From NCBI GenBank assembly GCA_016432645.1, contig CP066698.1, forward strand, positions 709,062-773,061: 64,000 nt of DNA, in the 5' to 3' direction. The notes beneath the pieces were generated by a model. It ran no database searches. It was not told where the DNA came from and saw nothing but the letters and a program-made list of their open reading frames with translations. Every line of letters starts with the position of its first letter. Position 1 is the stretch's first letter. Positions 19,830 to 29,974 of the stretch are shown one piece after another. The stretch comes from Candidatus Falkowbacteria bacterium. Lineage in GTDB: Bacteria; Patescibacteriota; Patescibacteriia; Patescibacteriales; UBA12465. A program made the position numbers and the translations under genes.

Positions 19830-21278
19830 TTATTCCTCGTCTTCGCTTTCTGTATTTTCATCCCCCCGTTCGCGTTTATTTTTCGGTTCTTGGTAGGTGG
19901 TGTGCGATTTGCGATTCTTAGTAACACTGATATGGATGGGCGTACCGATAAGCCCATATTTTTCCCGCAGACGATTTTCAACAAAGCGGACATAAGAGAA
20001 ATGCAGGTCGTCATTCGGGCCAATGCGTAAAATAAAGGCCGGGGGATTGCTTTTTTTCTGACGGAATTCGTAAATTCGAGGCGCTTTTAACCCCTTCCCC
20101 TTAGCTGGTTTATGGATTTTAACAACATGTTTTAAAAATTTATCAGTTTGAGAATCACTGAGCGTTAATTTTCGTTGTTTATTAATACTTATAATTAAGT
20201 CTAGAATTTTATTAACTTTTTCTCCGGTTTTAGCAGAAATAAATTGGACCGGCGCCCAAGCCGCAAAGGGCATTTTGTCATATAAAATTTCAGTCCATTT
20301 TTTAGTGTTTCTGTCAGGAATTAAATCCCACTTATTAGCAATAAAAATTAAACTTTTATTACGGTCGACAATTTCCTGGATTAATTTAGAGTCTTGATGG
20401 GTCAGCGGTTCGCTAATATCTAATACTAACATGGCAATTTCCGCTTTTTCTAAAGATTTTAATGATTTTAAAATGCCTGGTTTTTCCAAGCCTTTAGTTT
20501 TGGTTCCCTGTTTAGAAATTCCGGCAGTATCCACTAATTTTATTTCATGTCCGCCATAGCTGATATTAGTATGCTGCGGTTCCCTGGTGGTGTGCGCTAA
20601 TGGGCTGACAATCACGCGTTCATAGCCGAGAATGGAATTTAATAATGAGGATTTGCCGACGTTCGGTTTGCCGATAATGCAAACATTAATTTGCTGGCCC
20701 TCATTAATAGTTTCTGTTTTTTTGAATTTTCGCTTAGCGTCTATCCTTTCAATTATTTTATCTAGCAAATCGCCGGTTCCCATGCCGCTCGCGGCGGAAA
20801 TAGTAAATGGCTCACCCAGATTTAATTTGTTAAATTGGGCAGCCTCGGAGGCGTTTTTAAAATTATCAACCTTATTGGCAATTAACATTAATTTAGTGCG
20901 GTATTTATCAGTTTTTTTAAGAATGGTTGCTAGCTCTTTGTCTTCGGGTAAAATGCCGACTTTTGAGTCAACGACGAATAAAATTAAATCCGCTTTATCT
21001 AAATATTTTTTAGCTTGTTTTTGGGTTTGTTCGTCAATACTAGAGCCAGTTAATTTTTTGTCAGCTATATATTTCCAATCAAGCAATCCGGCAGTGTCTA
21101 CTAGCTCAAAAGCACTATTTGACCACTCAACTATTCCTAAATTACTATCGCGGGTAGTGCCCGCGATATCAGAAACTAGCGCCTGGTTTTTTTCTGTCAG
21201 ACAATTAAAAAGTGTAGACTTGCCGACATTGGTGCGTCCGCAAATAGCTACTAGTGGTAATGTTTTTTTAACTTCCAT
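19830..21278 (-). CDS. der: ribosome-associated GTPase Der/EngA
   Basis: Two G-domains (GRTNVGKSTLFN and GKPNVGKSSLLN) plus a KH-like domain. Has an acidic/basic C-terminal tail. Confidence 0.95.
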   Translation of the reverse strand: MEVKKTLPLVAICGRTNVGKSTLFNCLTEKNQALVSDIAGTTRDSNLGIVEWSNSAFELVDTAGLLDWKYIADKKLTGSSIDEQTQKQAKKYLDKADLILFVVDSKVGILPEDKELATILKKTDKYRTKLMLIANKVDNFKNASEAAQFNKLNLGEPFTISAASGMGTGDLLDKIIERIDAKRKFKKTETINEGQQINVCIIGKPNVGKSSLLNSILGYERVIVSPLAHTTREPQHTNISYGGHEIKLVDTAGISKQGTKTKGLEKPGILKSLKSLEKAEIAMLVLDISEPLTHQDSKLIQEIVDRNKSLIFIANKWDLIPDRNTKKWTEILYDKMPFAAWAPVQFISAKTGEKVNKILDLIISINKQRKLTLSDSQTDKFLKHVVKIHKPAKGKGLKAPRIYEFRQKKSNPPAFILRIGPNDDLHFSYVRFVENRLREKYGLIGTPIHISVTKNRKSHTTYQEPKNKRERGDENTESEDEE

Positions 21279-21279
21279 A

Positions 21280-22740
21280 TTAGTTTGTAGTATTGGCGTC
21301 AGTTCCGAGAATTAACAGGAAGTCGGCGACATTTGCCTGTTCTTGATATTCTTTAATCCAAGGGGTTGAAGTATCAAATCCTTGTTCCGCTCCAGTCGCT
21401 TTTTTGATTGCCTCTAAAGCTTCATTTTTCTTACCATAAGTAAAATCAAAGACTAAAGTTTCGGTATATCCTCTCTCGGGGGCATTGCCAGTTCCTTTAA
21501 CAGTTAATCCTAGTTCTTGTAAGTTGGCCGCTGTCGCTCCCGCTAAACCGCTAATCCAGGTTCCATTCTTTACAGTAATGCTCGCATCTTCGCTTATTTT
21601 TTCTACCTTTTCTATTGGGGTTGTTGCCTGATTATTATTAAAAATATCTCTAATTAAAGCATTAATTTTAGAAAAATTTCCGGCAGCTGGAACTAAAATA
21701 TAGGCTCCTTCACTGCTGATGGTGGAAATTAATAAGCCGTCAGGCGCGTCGCTTAATACCTGGTTGATTATTTGGTTTTTATCAACTCCTTTAAATAAAT
21801 CCCAGGCGCGCAAAATTTCCCAGACGCTAAAATTAGTGCTGACATGCTGGCTGAATTGACTGATTAACTTTCCGATAGTTACCGGGTTTAATAAAGTTTG
21901 TTTGGACAATAGTTTTTCTTTTACCGCTTCTAAAATAAGCTGCTGTCTTTTGGCGCGGGCAAAATCAGAGCCTTCCCCGCCGATACCATGGCGGCTGCGC
22001 GCATATTTAAGCGCTAGTTCTCCATCCATTGTTTGAATCCCCTTATCAATATGTAAATGTTCATAACGGGCATAGTAATCAGGATTGTCTTCCTGCCCTA
22101 AAATCGGATAGGCGTAATCATCAAGCGTATTTTCGACATTAACGGTTACTCCGCCGAGTTCATCAATTACGTTTTCAAAGCCAGCAAAATCAACTCGGAC
22201 GTAATAATCAATATTAAGATTAAATAATTTGCTTAAAGCGTCGATGGTTGCTTGTCCGCCGCTACCGGGTTCTTTAGCCTCCGCAAAGGCGTTAATATTA
22301 TTTATTTTTCGATACCCTGCCTCTTCTAGAGGAACTTGCAAGTCGCGCGGGACAGAAACTAAGGCTACTTGTTTGGTTGAAGGCTTTAAACTCGCCAGCA
22401 TAATCGTATCGGAAAGATAAGCGCCATCGTGGCCTTCGCCTCCCATACCTAAAAGCACAATATTGATGCGATCGTTTTCCTCTCCCTTTAATTGTTTATC
22501 CGTGCTAGGAACTAGATGTTTTATTTTATTAAACAAACCGCTTTCCGCTAACCACCCAGAAGCATTCTGGCTGGACATAATAACTCGGCTGGAAAATACT
22601 AAACCAATTACCACAACAGCAATCACATAAGCGGTAATTTTTTTTCTTTTCTTGTTAATCGGAGCAACAAACTCTTCTTGGCCAGATTCTCTAGCCTCTT
22701 GTTTTTCTAACTCTTCCATTTTTTTCTTAAAATCAATCAT
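21280..22740 (-). CDS. LytR-CpsA-Psr (LCP) family cell-envelope phosphotransferase
   Basis: TM anchor plus LCP core ..INIVLLGMGGEGHDGAYLSDTIMLASL..VSVPRDL.. The start is trimmed to the ATG at 22740 because the tracked N-terminus runs into a tRNA gene. Confidence 0.85.
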   Translation of the reverse strand: MIDFKKKMEELEKQEARESGQEEFVAPINKKRKKITAYVIAVVVIGLVFSSRVIMSSQNASGWLAESGLFNKIKHLVPSTDKQLKGEENDRINIVLLGMGGEGHDGAYLSDTIMLASLKPSTKQVALVSVPRDLQVPLEEAGYRKINNINAFAEAKEPGSGGQATIDALSKLFNLNIDYYVRVDFAGFENVIDELGGVTVNVENTLDDYAYPILGQEDNPDYYARYEHLHIDKGIQTMDGELALKYARSRHGIGGEGSDFARAKRQQLILEAVKEKLLSKQTLLNPVTIGKLISQFSQHVSTNFSVWEILRAWDLFKGVDKNQIINQVLSDAPDGLLISTISSEGAYILVPAAGNFSKINALIRDIFNNNQATTPIEKVEKISEDASITVKNGTWISGLAGATAANLQELGLTVKGTGNAPERGYTETLVFDFTYGKKNEALEAIKKATGAEQGFDTSTPWIKEYQEQANVADFLLILGTDANTTN

Positions 22741-22749
22741 AAATAAATT

Positions 22750-22824
22750 TGGTCGGGCTGCCCGGAATTGAACCGGGATCACACGCACCCGAAGCGTGTA
22801 TAATAGCCTTTATACCACAGCCCG
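22750..22824 (-). tRNA. tRNA-Pro (anticodon CGG), CCA encoded
   Basis: Acceptor CGGGCTG/CAGCCCG, anticodon stem CACGC/GCGTG, loop TT-CGG-GT, T-arm CCCGG-TTCAATT-CCGGG. Confidence 0.85.
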
Positions 22825-22844
22825 TGGTTCGTTCGAAAACGAGG

Positions 22845-22917
22845 TGGACTTGAGGGGACTCGAACCCCTTACCTCTGCAATGCGAATGCAGCGCTCTACC
22901 AGATGAGCTACAAGCCC
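22845..22917 (-). tRNA. tRNA-Ala (anticodon CGC)
   Basis: Acceptor GGGCTTG/CAAGTCC with the G3:U70 Ala identity pair. Anticodon stem CTGCA/TGCAG, loop TT-CGC-AT. CCA is not fully encoded. Confidence 0.85.
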
Positions 22918-22936
22918 TAATGTTAGCTAAAGATAT

Positions 22937-23010
22937 TGGTCGGGCTGCCCGGAATCGGACCGGGGCTACATGCACCCCATGCACGCGTACTACCATTATA
23001 CTACAGCCCG
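22937..23010 (-). tRNA. tRNA-Pro (anticodon GGG), CCA encoded
   Basis: Same acceptor stem as the CGG isoacceptor. Anticodon stem CGTGC/GCATG, loop AT-GGG-GT. Confidence 0.85.
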
Positions 23011-23104
23011 CAATAATAAAAATAGGTTTCCCTTGAACCTTTCTTTATATTAACATAAAACGCAAATATTTCAAGTTAAATTTTTAGGCCATTTTTTGTC
23101 AACG

Positions 23105-23132
23105 TTGACAAATATATTTTAAGTAATAAGAT
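23105..23132 (+). promoter_or_regulatory. sigma-70-type promoter candidate
   Basis: TTGACA (23105-23110), 16-nt spacer, TAAGAT (23127-23132). Confidence 0.4.
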
Positions 23133-23142
23133 ATAAGAAAAT

Positions 23143-23316
23143 ACTTCTGAAATCTGTATTTTGCACACAGAAGTTGGGCAAGGAAATTATTTCTGTTGCA
23201 GGAATCATGGTTACGGGCAGATATTTTGTGCGATATCGGTCAGCCTAATCGCTGAATAACTAAGAAACGGCTGTAAATTGTTCAATTCAATTAAAAACAG
23301 ATTTATTTTTCCTTGC
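23143..23316 (+). ncRNA. structured leader / candidate small RNA upstream of tRNA-Lys (family unknown)
   Basis: Contains hairpin ACTTCTG (23143-23149)/CAGAAGT (23168-23174). There is also long-range closure GCAAGGAAA (23178-23186)/TTTCCTTGC (23308-23316) plus TCTGTT (23192-23197)/AACAGA (23296-23301). No ORF is present. Confidence 0.3.
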
Positions 23317-23338
23317 TTTTGTTCTTTATTTAAAACTC

Positions 23339-23410
23339 AGCTCGGTAGTTCAGTGGCTAGAATGCGCCACTCTTAATGGCGTGACTCGGGTTCGACTCCC
23401 GGCCGGGCAG
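23339..23410 (+). tRNA. tRNA-Lys (anticodon CUU), with an A1:A72 mismatch; CCA not encoded
   Basis: D-arm GTTC-AGTGGCTA-GAAT, anticodon stem CGCCA/TGGCG, loop CT-CTT-AA, T-arm TCGGG-TTCGACT-CCCGG. The acceptor AGCTCGG/CCGGGCA pairs at 6 of 7 positions. Confidence 0.7.
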
Positions 23411-23413
23411 CTC

Positions 23414-23445
23414 AAGCTCTGATTTATAATATCAGAGCTTTTTTA
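23414..23445 (+). terminator. rho-independent terminator directly after tRNA-Lys
   Basis: Perfect 10-bp stem AAGCTCTGAT (23414-23423)/ATCAGAGCTT (23431-23440), then a T-run. Confidence 0.8.
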
Positions 23446-23502
23446 TTGCCGATTGCTTTTACCCAGATTTTACATTAGAATATTAGTATAAATGACAATT
23501 TT

Positions 23503-24504
23503 ATGGAGAAAAAAACAGAGACTAAAAAAACAATTTTTTCAGGAATTCAACCGAGTGGAAACTTAAATATCGGTAATTATATCGGGGCGATTTCCCAGTG
23601 GGTATCAATGCAGGAAAAATATAACTGCATTTTTTCCGTGGTTGATTATCATGCCATAACGGTAAAACAGAACCCCGAAGAATTAAAACAACACATTTTA
23701 GAAATTACTAAAATATATTTGGCAGCCGGAATCGATCCGGAAAAATCTGTTATTTTTCAGCAATCAGCGATATCGGCGCATACAGAGTTGGCTTGGATAT
23801 TGAATTGCTATGGCGCGCGGATTGCTGATTTAAATAAGATGACTCAATTTAAAGATAAGGCCGGGAAAAATCAAGAGTCAGTCTCAGTCGGTTTATATGA
23901 CTATCCGGTTTTAATGGCTGCTGACATTTTATTGTATGATACGGAATTAGTGCCAGTTGGTGAAGATCAAAAACAGCACGTTGAACTCGCGCGTGATATT
24001 GCCAAAAGATTTAATAATGATTACGGTAATATTTTTACCATTCCTCAGGCCGTTATCAGAAAAGAAGGCGCTAGAATCATGTCTCTTTTAGAACCGTCAA
24101 AAAAAATGAGTAAGAGCGATTCCAATCAGAATAATTGTATTGCCCTACTTGATACCCCTGAAGCAGCGCGCAAGAAAATTATGCGCGCCGTGACCGATTC
24201 CGGAACCGATATCGAATATGATTTAGAGAATAAGCCGGCCCTTTCTAATTTATTAACGATTTATGCTCAACTTGGTAATCGAGAAATTCCACGCCTGGTT
24301 AAAGATTATCGCGGTAAGGGTTATGGAGAATTTAAAAAAGATTTGGCGGATGTAGTAGTTAAATTTTTAACTGAGTTCCAGACTAAATATAATAAGATTT
24401 CCGATAAAGAAGTTCAAAAAATCTTAGCTAATAACCAGAAAATAGTCGAAGCAATTGCTAATAAAAAACTAACTGAAGTTAAAAGGGCTATCGGAATTTC
24501 TTAA
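23503..24504 (+). CDS. trpS: tryptophan--tRNA ligase
   Basis: 333 aa. Class I motifs: ..GIQPSGNLNIGNYIGA.. and KMSKS (KKMSKSD). Confidence 0.95.
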   Translation: MEKKTETKKTIFSGIQPSGNLNIGNYIGAISQWVSMQEKYNCIFSVVDYHAITVKQNPEELKQHILEITKIYLAAGIDPEKSVIFQQSAISAHTELAWILNCYGARIADLNKMTQFKDKAGKNQESVSVGLYDYPVLMAADILLYDTELVPVGEDQKQHVELARDIAKRFNNDYGNIFTIPQAVIRKEGARIMSLLEPSKKMSKSDSNQNNCIALLDTPEAARKKIMRAVTDSGTDIEYDLENKPALSNLLTIYAQLGNREIPRLVKDYRGKGYGEFKKDLADVVVKFLTEFQTKYNKISDKEVQKILANNQKIVEAIANKKLTEVKRAIGIS

Positions 24505-24505
24505 T

Positions 24506-25879
24506 ATGAGAATAACAGAGAAAATTGTTGAGAAAGATTGGCTAGATGCCTATAAATGGCAATATCAAGCTTACCCTTTTTTTACCTCTGTTTATGTTTT
24601 AGCCTCAACCATTAAGCCATCAAGCAGATACAATGTTTATTGGGGTGATTTTTTAAATAATTTTGTAAATGGTAATTTAGTCGCTTTTAAACAGAGTGGA
24701 AAAATATCCAAAATTGGCCGTGAAATTATTAAAGAAACCTTAATTGAAAATGATAATTACTTACAAGAATTAAAGAGGCTGCATCAAAAATTGAAGTTAG
24801 CGATTAAGAAGTGTGAAAAAGCACGTCAGTCTAAAAATATTAAATTGGAACAATGGTGGGATGATACTCAAAATTCATTATCCCAGGTCGCAAATCTTCT
24901 TTTTTCTTTTGATTTTCCCTTTGATAAATTTTTATTAGAATTAAGTATTAAAAATCCAAAAGATTTTGAATATATTACCGGCAAAATAAATAACAATCGG
25001 CCATCTTTTATGAGTGCGGCCGGTTTTTATTTATTAGCACTTAATAAAAAATATAAAAATTTTAAAATAGTTTTAGATGAGTTTAATAAAAAGTTTTCTT
25101 GGGTACAGAATACTTATAGCGGCCCCTATGCAATTACTGAAAAGTGGTTGAAGAATTATCTGCAAGAATTAAAATTAGCTAAACCAGTTTTAAAAAACCA
25201 ACCAGTTAAGATCAAGCCGTCTAAGGATTATAGTCATTTGATAAAATTAGCTAAGCATTCGGCGGAGTTTAGGGATGATAAAAAGAAGTTATTGCTTTTA
25301 GCTGTTGATTTGATGGATTCCTGGCTTAAAGGTATTTGTTTAAAGAATAAGTTTACCTATAAAGATTTAAGATGGCTAACGATTGATGAAGTCAAAAAAC
25401 TAGTCTTTGATAATAAAATTGAGTATCTAGCTAAAGCCAAGAGCTACGAAAAAAATAGACGACGCTTAGGTTTAATGCTCAGCCCCGGATATCAGGATGT
25501 GAGTGATAAATTTTGGAAAAAAGTTGTAAAATTGAATGATAAAAATGAAAATAATATTTTGCATGGCATTCCTGCCAGCCCGGGTTTTTACCGAGGTAAA
25601 ATAAAAGTGATCTTAGATGTTTGTCTTGGCGCTAAGCAGTTTAAAAATGGCGAGATATTAGTTACTTCCATGACTCGCCCGGAATTTTTACCGCTGATGA
25701 GCAAGGCGGCAGCATTTATAACTGAGGAAGGTGGGATTTCTTGCCACGCGGCGATTGTAGCGCGAGAAATGAAGAAACCTTGCATTATTGGCATTAAGAA
25801 TGCTACGAAAATATTAAAGAATGGAGATATTGTTGAAGTTGACGCTAAAAGAGGGATAGTTACGAAATTAATAAAATAA
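24506..25879 (+). CDS. protein with a C-terminal PEP-utilising-enzyme mobile (phosphohistidine swivel) domain; N-terminal ~340 aa unassigned
   Basis: The C-terminus ..VTSMTRPEFLPLMSKAAAFITEEGGISCHAAIVAREMKKPCIIG.. parallels the swivel domain of ppsA in this window ([21 protein letters not shown]). Starts 1 nt after the trpS stop. Confidence 0.6.
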   Translation: MRITEKIVEKDWLDAYKWQYQAYPFFTSVYVLASTIKPSSRYNVYWGDFLNNFVNGNLVAFKQSGKISKIGREIIKETLIENDNYLQELKRLHQKLKLAIKKCEKARQSKNIKLEQWWDDTQNSLSQVANLLFSFDFPFDKFLLELSIKNPKDFEYITGKINNNRPSFMSAAGFYLLALNKKYKNFKIVLDEFNKKFSWVQNTYSGPYAITEKWLKNYLQELKLAKPVLKNQPVKIKPSKDYSHLIKLAKHSAEFRDDKKKLLLLAVDLMDSWLKGICLKNKFTYKDLRWLTIDEVKKLVFDNKIEYLAKAKSYEKNRRRLGLMLSPGYQDVSDKFWKKVVKLNDKNENNILHGIPASPGFYRGKIKVILDVCLGAKQFKNGEILVTSMTRPEFLPLMSKAAAFITEEGGISCHAAIVAREMKKPCIIGIKNATKILKNGDIVEVDAKRGIVTKLIK

Positions 25880-25882
25880 AAA

Positions 25883-25916
25883 AAAGAGAGCGGCCGTTTG
25901 ATTGGTCGCTCTTTTA
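25883..25916. terminator. hairpin terminator between convergent genes
   Basis: Stem AGAGCG (25887-25892)/CGCTCT (25907-25912), flanked by A- and T-runs. Confidence 0.6.
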
Positions 25917-25936
25917 ATTTTGTTTATCGTTTTGCT

Positions 25937-26455
25937 TTATAATTTAGCAATCGCGATATCCATATAATCCCTAACATAGGGATGCAGAGATTCACGGAAT
26001 TCTTCCGTATAAGTTTTTTTGGTAATTATTTGCGGATCAAAATGAAATTGATCAAGATTTAAATTACCGATACTTTCGGCGTAGAAGACGACCGCAATCG
26101 CATCAACGCCTTTCCCATGTCCGAAGGGGTCGGTTCCGAGAATTACTCGGGCACAGCCGATTTCTTGGATGTTGGTCAGTTCCAGTCCGCATTCATTAAT
26201 TACGCGTTTTGATAAGGATTCTTCATTAGAAAATCCTTTCAGAATTCGGCCGCCAAGGGGCCACAAGACATTAATCGCCGGTTTAGTTTTGCGCTTAACT
26301 AGCAGTATGCCGTCGGCATATTTAATGAAGACATCGTGACAGGCCAAAATTAAATTGGCGTTGGCCGAACGGTACTCATTTTCTGGCATAAATCCAGTCT
26401 GTTTCATTTTTTCCAGGTTAACCGGAGCGTCATTTTCAACGGAGTAGTGTTTCAT
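25937..26455 (-). CDS. hypothetical protein, possibly Nudix-fold with a degenerate Nudix box
   Basis: 172 aa. ..GGRILKGFSNEESLSKRVINECGLE.. resembles GX5EX7REUXEEXGU, but key Glu positions are substituted. Confidence 0.3.
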   Translation of the reverse strand: MKHYSVENDAPVNLEKMKQTGFMPENEYRSANANLILACHDVFIKYADGILLVKRKTKPAINVLWPLGGRILKGFSNEESLSKRVINECGLELTNIQEIGCARVILGTDPFGHGKGVDAIAVVFYAESIGNLNLDQFHFDPQIITKKTYTEEFRESLHPYVRDYMDIAIAKL

Positions 26456-26569
26456 GATATATGGAATTTTGGTTAATTTTTCAATGAACTGGGATAATTA
26501 TATCACATTTTTTGAATAATGTCAATGATATTAAGCCTTAAATAGCTAATTATAGCCATTATTACAACA

Positions 26570-26597
26570 AAAAACCACCTTTTATGGGTGGCTTTTT
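26570..26597 (-). terminator. candidate terminator downstream of the 16S rRNA
   Basis: On the minus strand: CCACC..GGTGG stem followed by TTTTT. Confidence 0.4.
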
Positions 26598-26622
26598 GAC
26601 AATCAGGTAATGAATTGTGAGT

Positions 26623-26640
26623 CTAATTGGCATCAATTCG
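26623..26640. repeat. 3'-flank arm of the 16S processing stem (pairs with 28304-28321)
   Basis: CTAATTGGCATCAATTCG is the exact reverse complement of CGAATTGATGCCAATTAG at 28304-28321. Confidence 0.75.
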
Positions 26641-26740
26641 TTTTTTGCTATAATTCCGAAGAATATAGCCACTCTAACACTGAAGTTAGAGGCGACTAAC
26701 TCTTCTTTCCACGTGGAAAAGAAGAATTGTTCTCCCTAGA

Positions 26741-28222
<1,482 letters not shown>

Positions 28223-28303
28223 TTTGATTGACTCTAAATTGAAGATTCTTGCGAATCTTCTATATAAGATTCCGTTTTAAAAACGGACAAAATTTTTGTT
28301 ATC

Positions 28304-28321
28304 CGAATTGATGCCAATTAG
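28304..28321. repeat. 5'-flank arm of the 16S processing stem (pairs with 26623-26640)
   Basis: An 18-bp perfect long-range inverted repeat brackets the mature 16S, as expected for an RNase III processing helix. Confidence 0.75.
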
Positions 28322-28454
28322 CATCAAAATTAACCATCACCATGATTGTTTGGTACTATTAATTTTTTAAGGTCCGAGATAGACAGAAAAAAACAGAGAT
28401 AATAAAATTTATCTTGTTTTTTATTTTCTATTCTGTTTTATTTTTAATAACCCC

Positions 28455-28483
28455 ATTTTATACTAATAAAAAATGTCTGTCAA
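28455..28483 (-). promoter_or_regulatory. 16S rRNA promoter
   Basis: The minus strand reads TTGACA (28483-28478), 17-nt spacer, TAAAAT (28460-28455). This gives a leader of about 230 nt. Confidence 0.6.
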
Positions 28484-28509
28484 GAGGCGGCCTTAAGCCT
28501 TGATTTTAT

Positions 28510-28538
28510 TTGACTTTTAGCTAGTTTTAAGATATAAA
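28510..28538 (+). promoter_or_regulatory. infC operon promoter
   Basis: TTGACT (28510-28515), 17-nt spacer, TATAAA (28533-28538). Confidence 0.5.
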
Positions 28539-28567
28539 GTAATTATAATAAACTTGTAAAAATTCAC

Positions 28568-29122
28568 ATGCGCATTAAATTCCATAGAGTAGAGAGAAAG
28601 GAAGAGCCAACTTTTAAGTCTAATCGCCAAATAAAAGCCGATGAAGTTTTTTTAATTGATGAAAATGACGAGGCGGTCGGTAAAATCTCTTTTGAAGAAG
28701 CTTTAAAGCTCGCTCAAGACGCTGATTTGGATTTAGTTGAGGTCAATCCTAAGGCCAACCCGCCAGTAGTTAAAATTGTTAACTTGAATCAACTGAAATA
28801 CGAAAAGGAAAAAATGGCTCATAAACAGAAGATGCAGCAAAAGAAGGTGGAAACCAAGAATATCCGCTTATCTTTCAGGATTAGCGAGCACGATTTGAAT
28901 ATGCGTAAGGATCAGGCAGAAAAGTTTTTGGCCAAAGATAATAAAATTAAGGTAGAATTGATATTAAAGGGACGCGAAAGACAATATCCTCGTAAAGCGG
29001 CTGAGATTATGACTAGTTTTGTGTCTAAATTACAGGCCAATACCGAGTTGAAAACAGAAATTGAACAGCCCTTGACAAATCAAGGCGGAAGATTTACTAT
29101 AATACTAATCAATAAAAAGTAA
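28568..29122 (+). CDS. infC: translation initiation factor IF-3
   Basis: 184 aa. ..NRQIKADEVFLIDENDEAVG.. N-domain and a C-domain. Uses an ATG start here rather than the AUU common elsewhere. Confidence 0.9.
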   Translation: MRIKFHRVERKEEPTFKSNRQIKADEVFLIDENDEAVGKISFEEALKLAQDADLDLVEVNPKANPPVVKIVNLNQLKYEKEKMAHKQKMQQKKVETKNIRLSFRISEHDLNMRKDQAEKFLAKDNKIKVELILKGRERQYPRKAAEIMTSFVSKLQANTELKTEIEQPLTNQGGRFTIILINKK

Positions 29123-29169
29123 AAAAATCCTAAATTCAGGTGATTGCCTGTTTTTTTAATCTGGAATAT

Positions 29170-29367
29170 ATGCCAAAAATAAAAACGCATAAAGCAACGG
29201 TAAAACGTTTCAAAAAGACCGGAAGTGATAAGCTTATACAAAGGAAAGCTGGTCAAGATCATTTTAATTCTCGCGAAACCGGTAATGTTGGTCGTCAAAA
29301 AAGACTTGATATCTCTACCACCAAAACTTTAACGAGAACTATTAAAGCACTTACCCCTTATAATTAA
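29170..29367 (+). CDS. rpmI: 50S ribosomal protein L35
   Basis: MPKIKTHKATVKRFKKTGSDKL.. begins at the ATG at 29170. The tracked start at 29140 adds 10 unlikely residues. Confidence 0.9.
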   Translation: MPKIKTHKATVKRFKKTGSDKLIQRKAGQDHFNSRETGNVGRQKRLDISTTKTLTRTIKALTPYN

Positions 29368-29388
29368 TCCTAATTCTTACTAGATAAT

Positions 29389-29736
29389 ATGCCTAGAGTA
29401 AAACGTGGTACTACCCATGTCAAAAAAAGAAGAAATTTGTTAAAGGCCGTTAAAGGTTATAAATGGGGCCGCAAGAATTTAATTAAATTAGCGAGAACTG
29501 CTAGAACTAAGGCGGGAGCTCATGCTTTTGTTGATCGCCGCAAAAAGAAAAGAACCATGCGTTCTTTATGGCAGATTAAAATCAGTGCTTTTGTTAGAGA
29601 GCATGGCTTTTCTTATTCCCGTTTTATTGATGCTTTAAAAAAGAATAATATTGCCGTTGATCGGAAGATTTTTGCTGATTTAGCCGTAAACAATAAAGAG
29701 GCATTTATCGCTATTATAAATAAAATAAAGCAGTAA
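29389..29736 (+). CDS. rplT: 50S ribosomal protein L20
   Basis: MPRVKRGTTHVKKRRNLLKAVKGYKWGRKN.., the canonical L20 N-terminus. Confidence 0.95.
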   Translation: MPRVKRGTTHVKKRRNLLKAVKGYKWGRKNLIKLARTARTKAGAHAFVDRRKKKRTMRSLWQIKISAFVREHGFSYSRFIDALKKNNIAVDRKIFADLAVNNKEAFIAIINKIKQ

Positions 29737-29739
29737 TAT

Positions 29740-29964
29740 ATGATTTTCTGGCTTAAAGTAGCTCAACTGGTCATTGCAATTGTTTTAACAATTGCTATTT
29801 TGCTACAAAATCGCGGCGGCGGTGTCGGCGGGGTTTTTGGCGGCGGTGGCGGTGGAGTTTATTTAACCAAAAGAGGAATAGAAAAGAAATTACATATCCT
29901 CACTATTATATTAGCCGCTCTTTTTGTGCTCGTTTCCTTGGGCACTATTTGGATAAAAGCTTAA
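29740..29964 (+). CDS. secG: preprotein translocase subunit SecG
   Basis: 74 aa with two TM helices flanking a Gly-rich loop (LLQNRGGGVGGVFGGGGGG). Confidence 0.7.
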   Translation: MIFWLKVAQLVIAIVLTIAILLQNRGGGVGGVFGGGGGGVYLTKRGIEKKLHILTIILAALFVLVSLGTIWIKA

Positions 29965-29974
29965 AGCTTAAAGT

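Noticed and set aside
20632-21315. Long antisense ORFs: 227 aa here, plus 7723..8322 (199 aa), 13781..14281 (166 aa) and 10510..10947 (145 aa)
   Set aside because: They lie fully inside, and antisense to, well-supported genes (der, DHH-like, pheT, valS). Their composition is low-complexity Ser/Leu/Phe-rich and they have no start context, so they are typical shadow ORFs.
22733-22996. 87-aa minus-strand ORF (MVVRVHGVHVAPVRF..)
   Set aside because: It reads straight through the three tRNA genes (Pro-Ala-Pro). Its Arg/Gly/Pro-rich sequence is typical of translated tRNA DNA.
23198-23240. Possible T-box leader for trpS (..ATGGTTACGGGC.. vaguely like the T-box GGTGGTACCGCG)
   Set aside because: The match is poor. 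A complete tRNA gene and a strong terminator also lie between this region and trpS, so it cannot act as a trpS antiterminator.
29123-29169. Small hairpin CAGG-TGATTG-CCTG plus T-run between infC and rpmI as an L20/L35-type attenuator
   Set aside because: It has only a 4-bp stem, which is too weak to call without comparative support.
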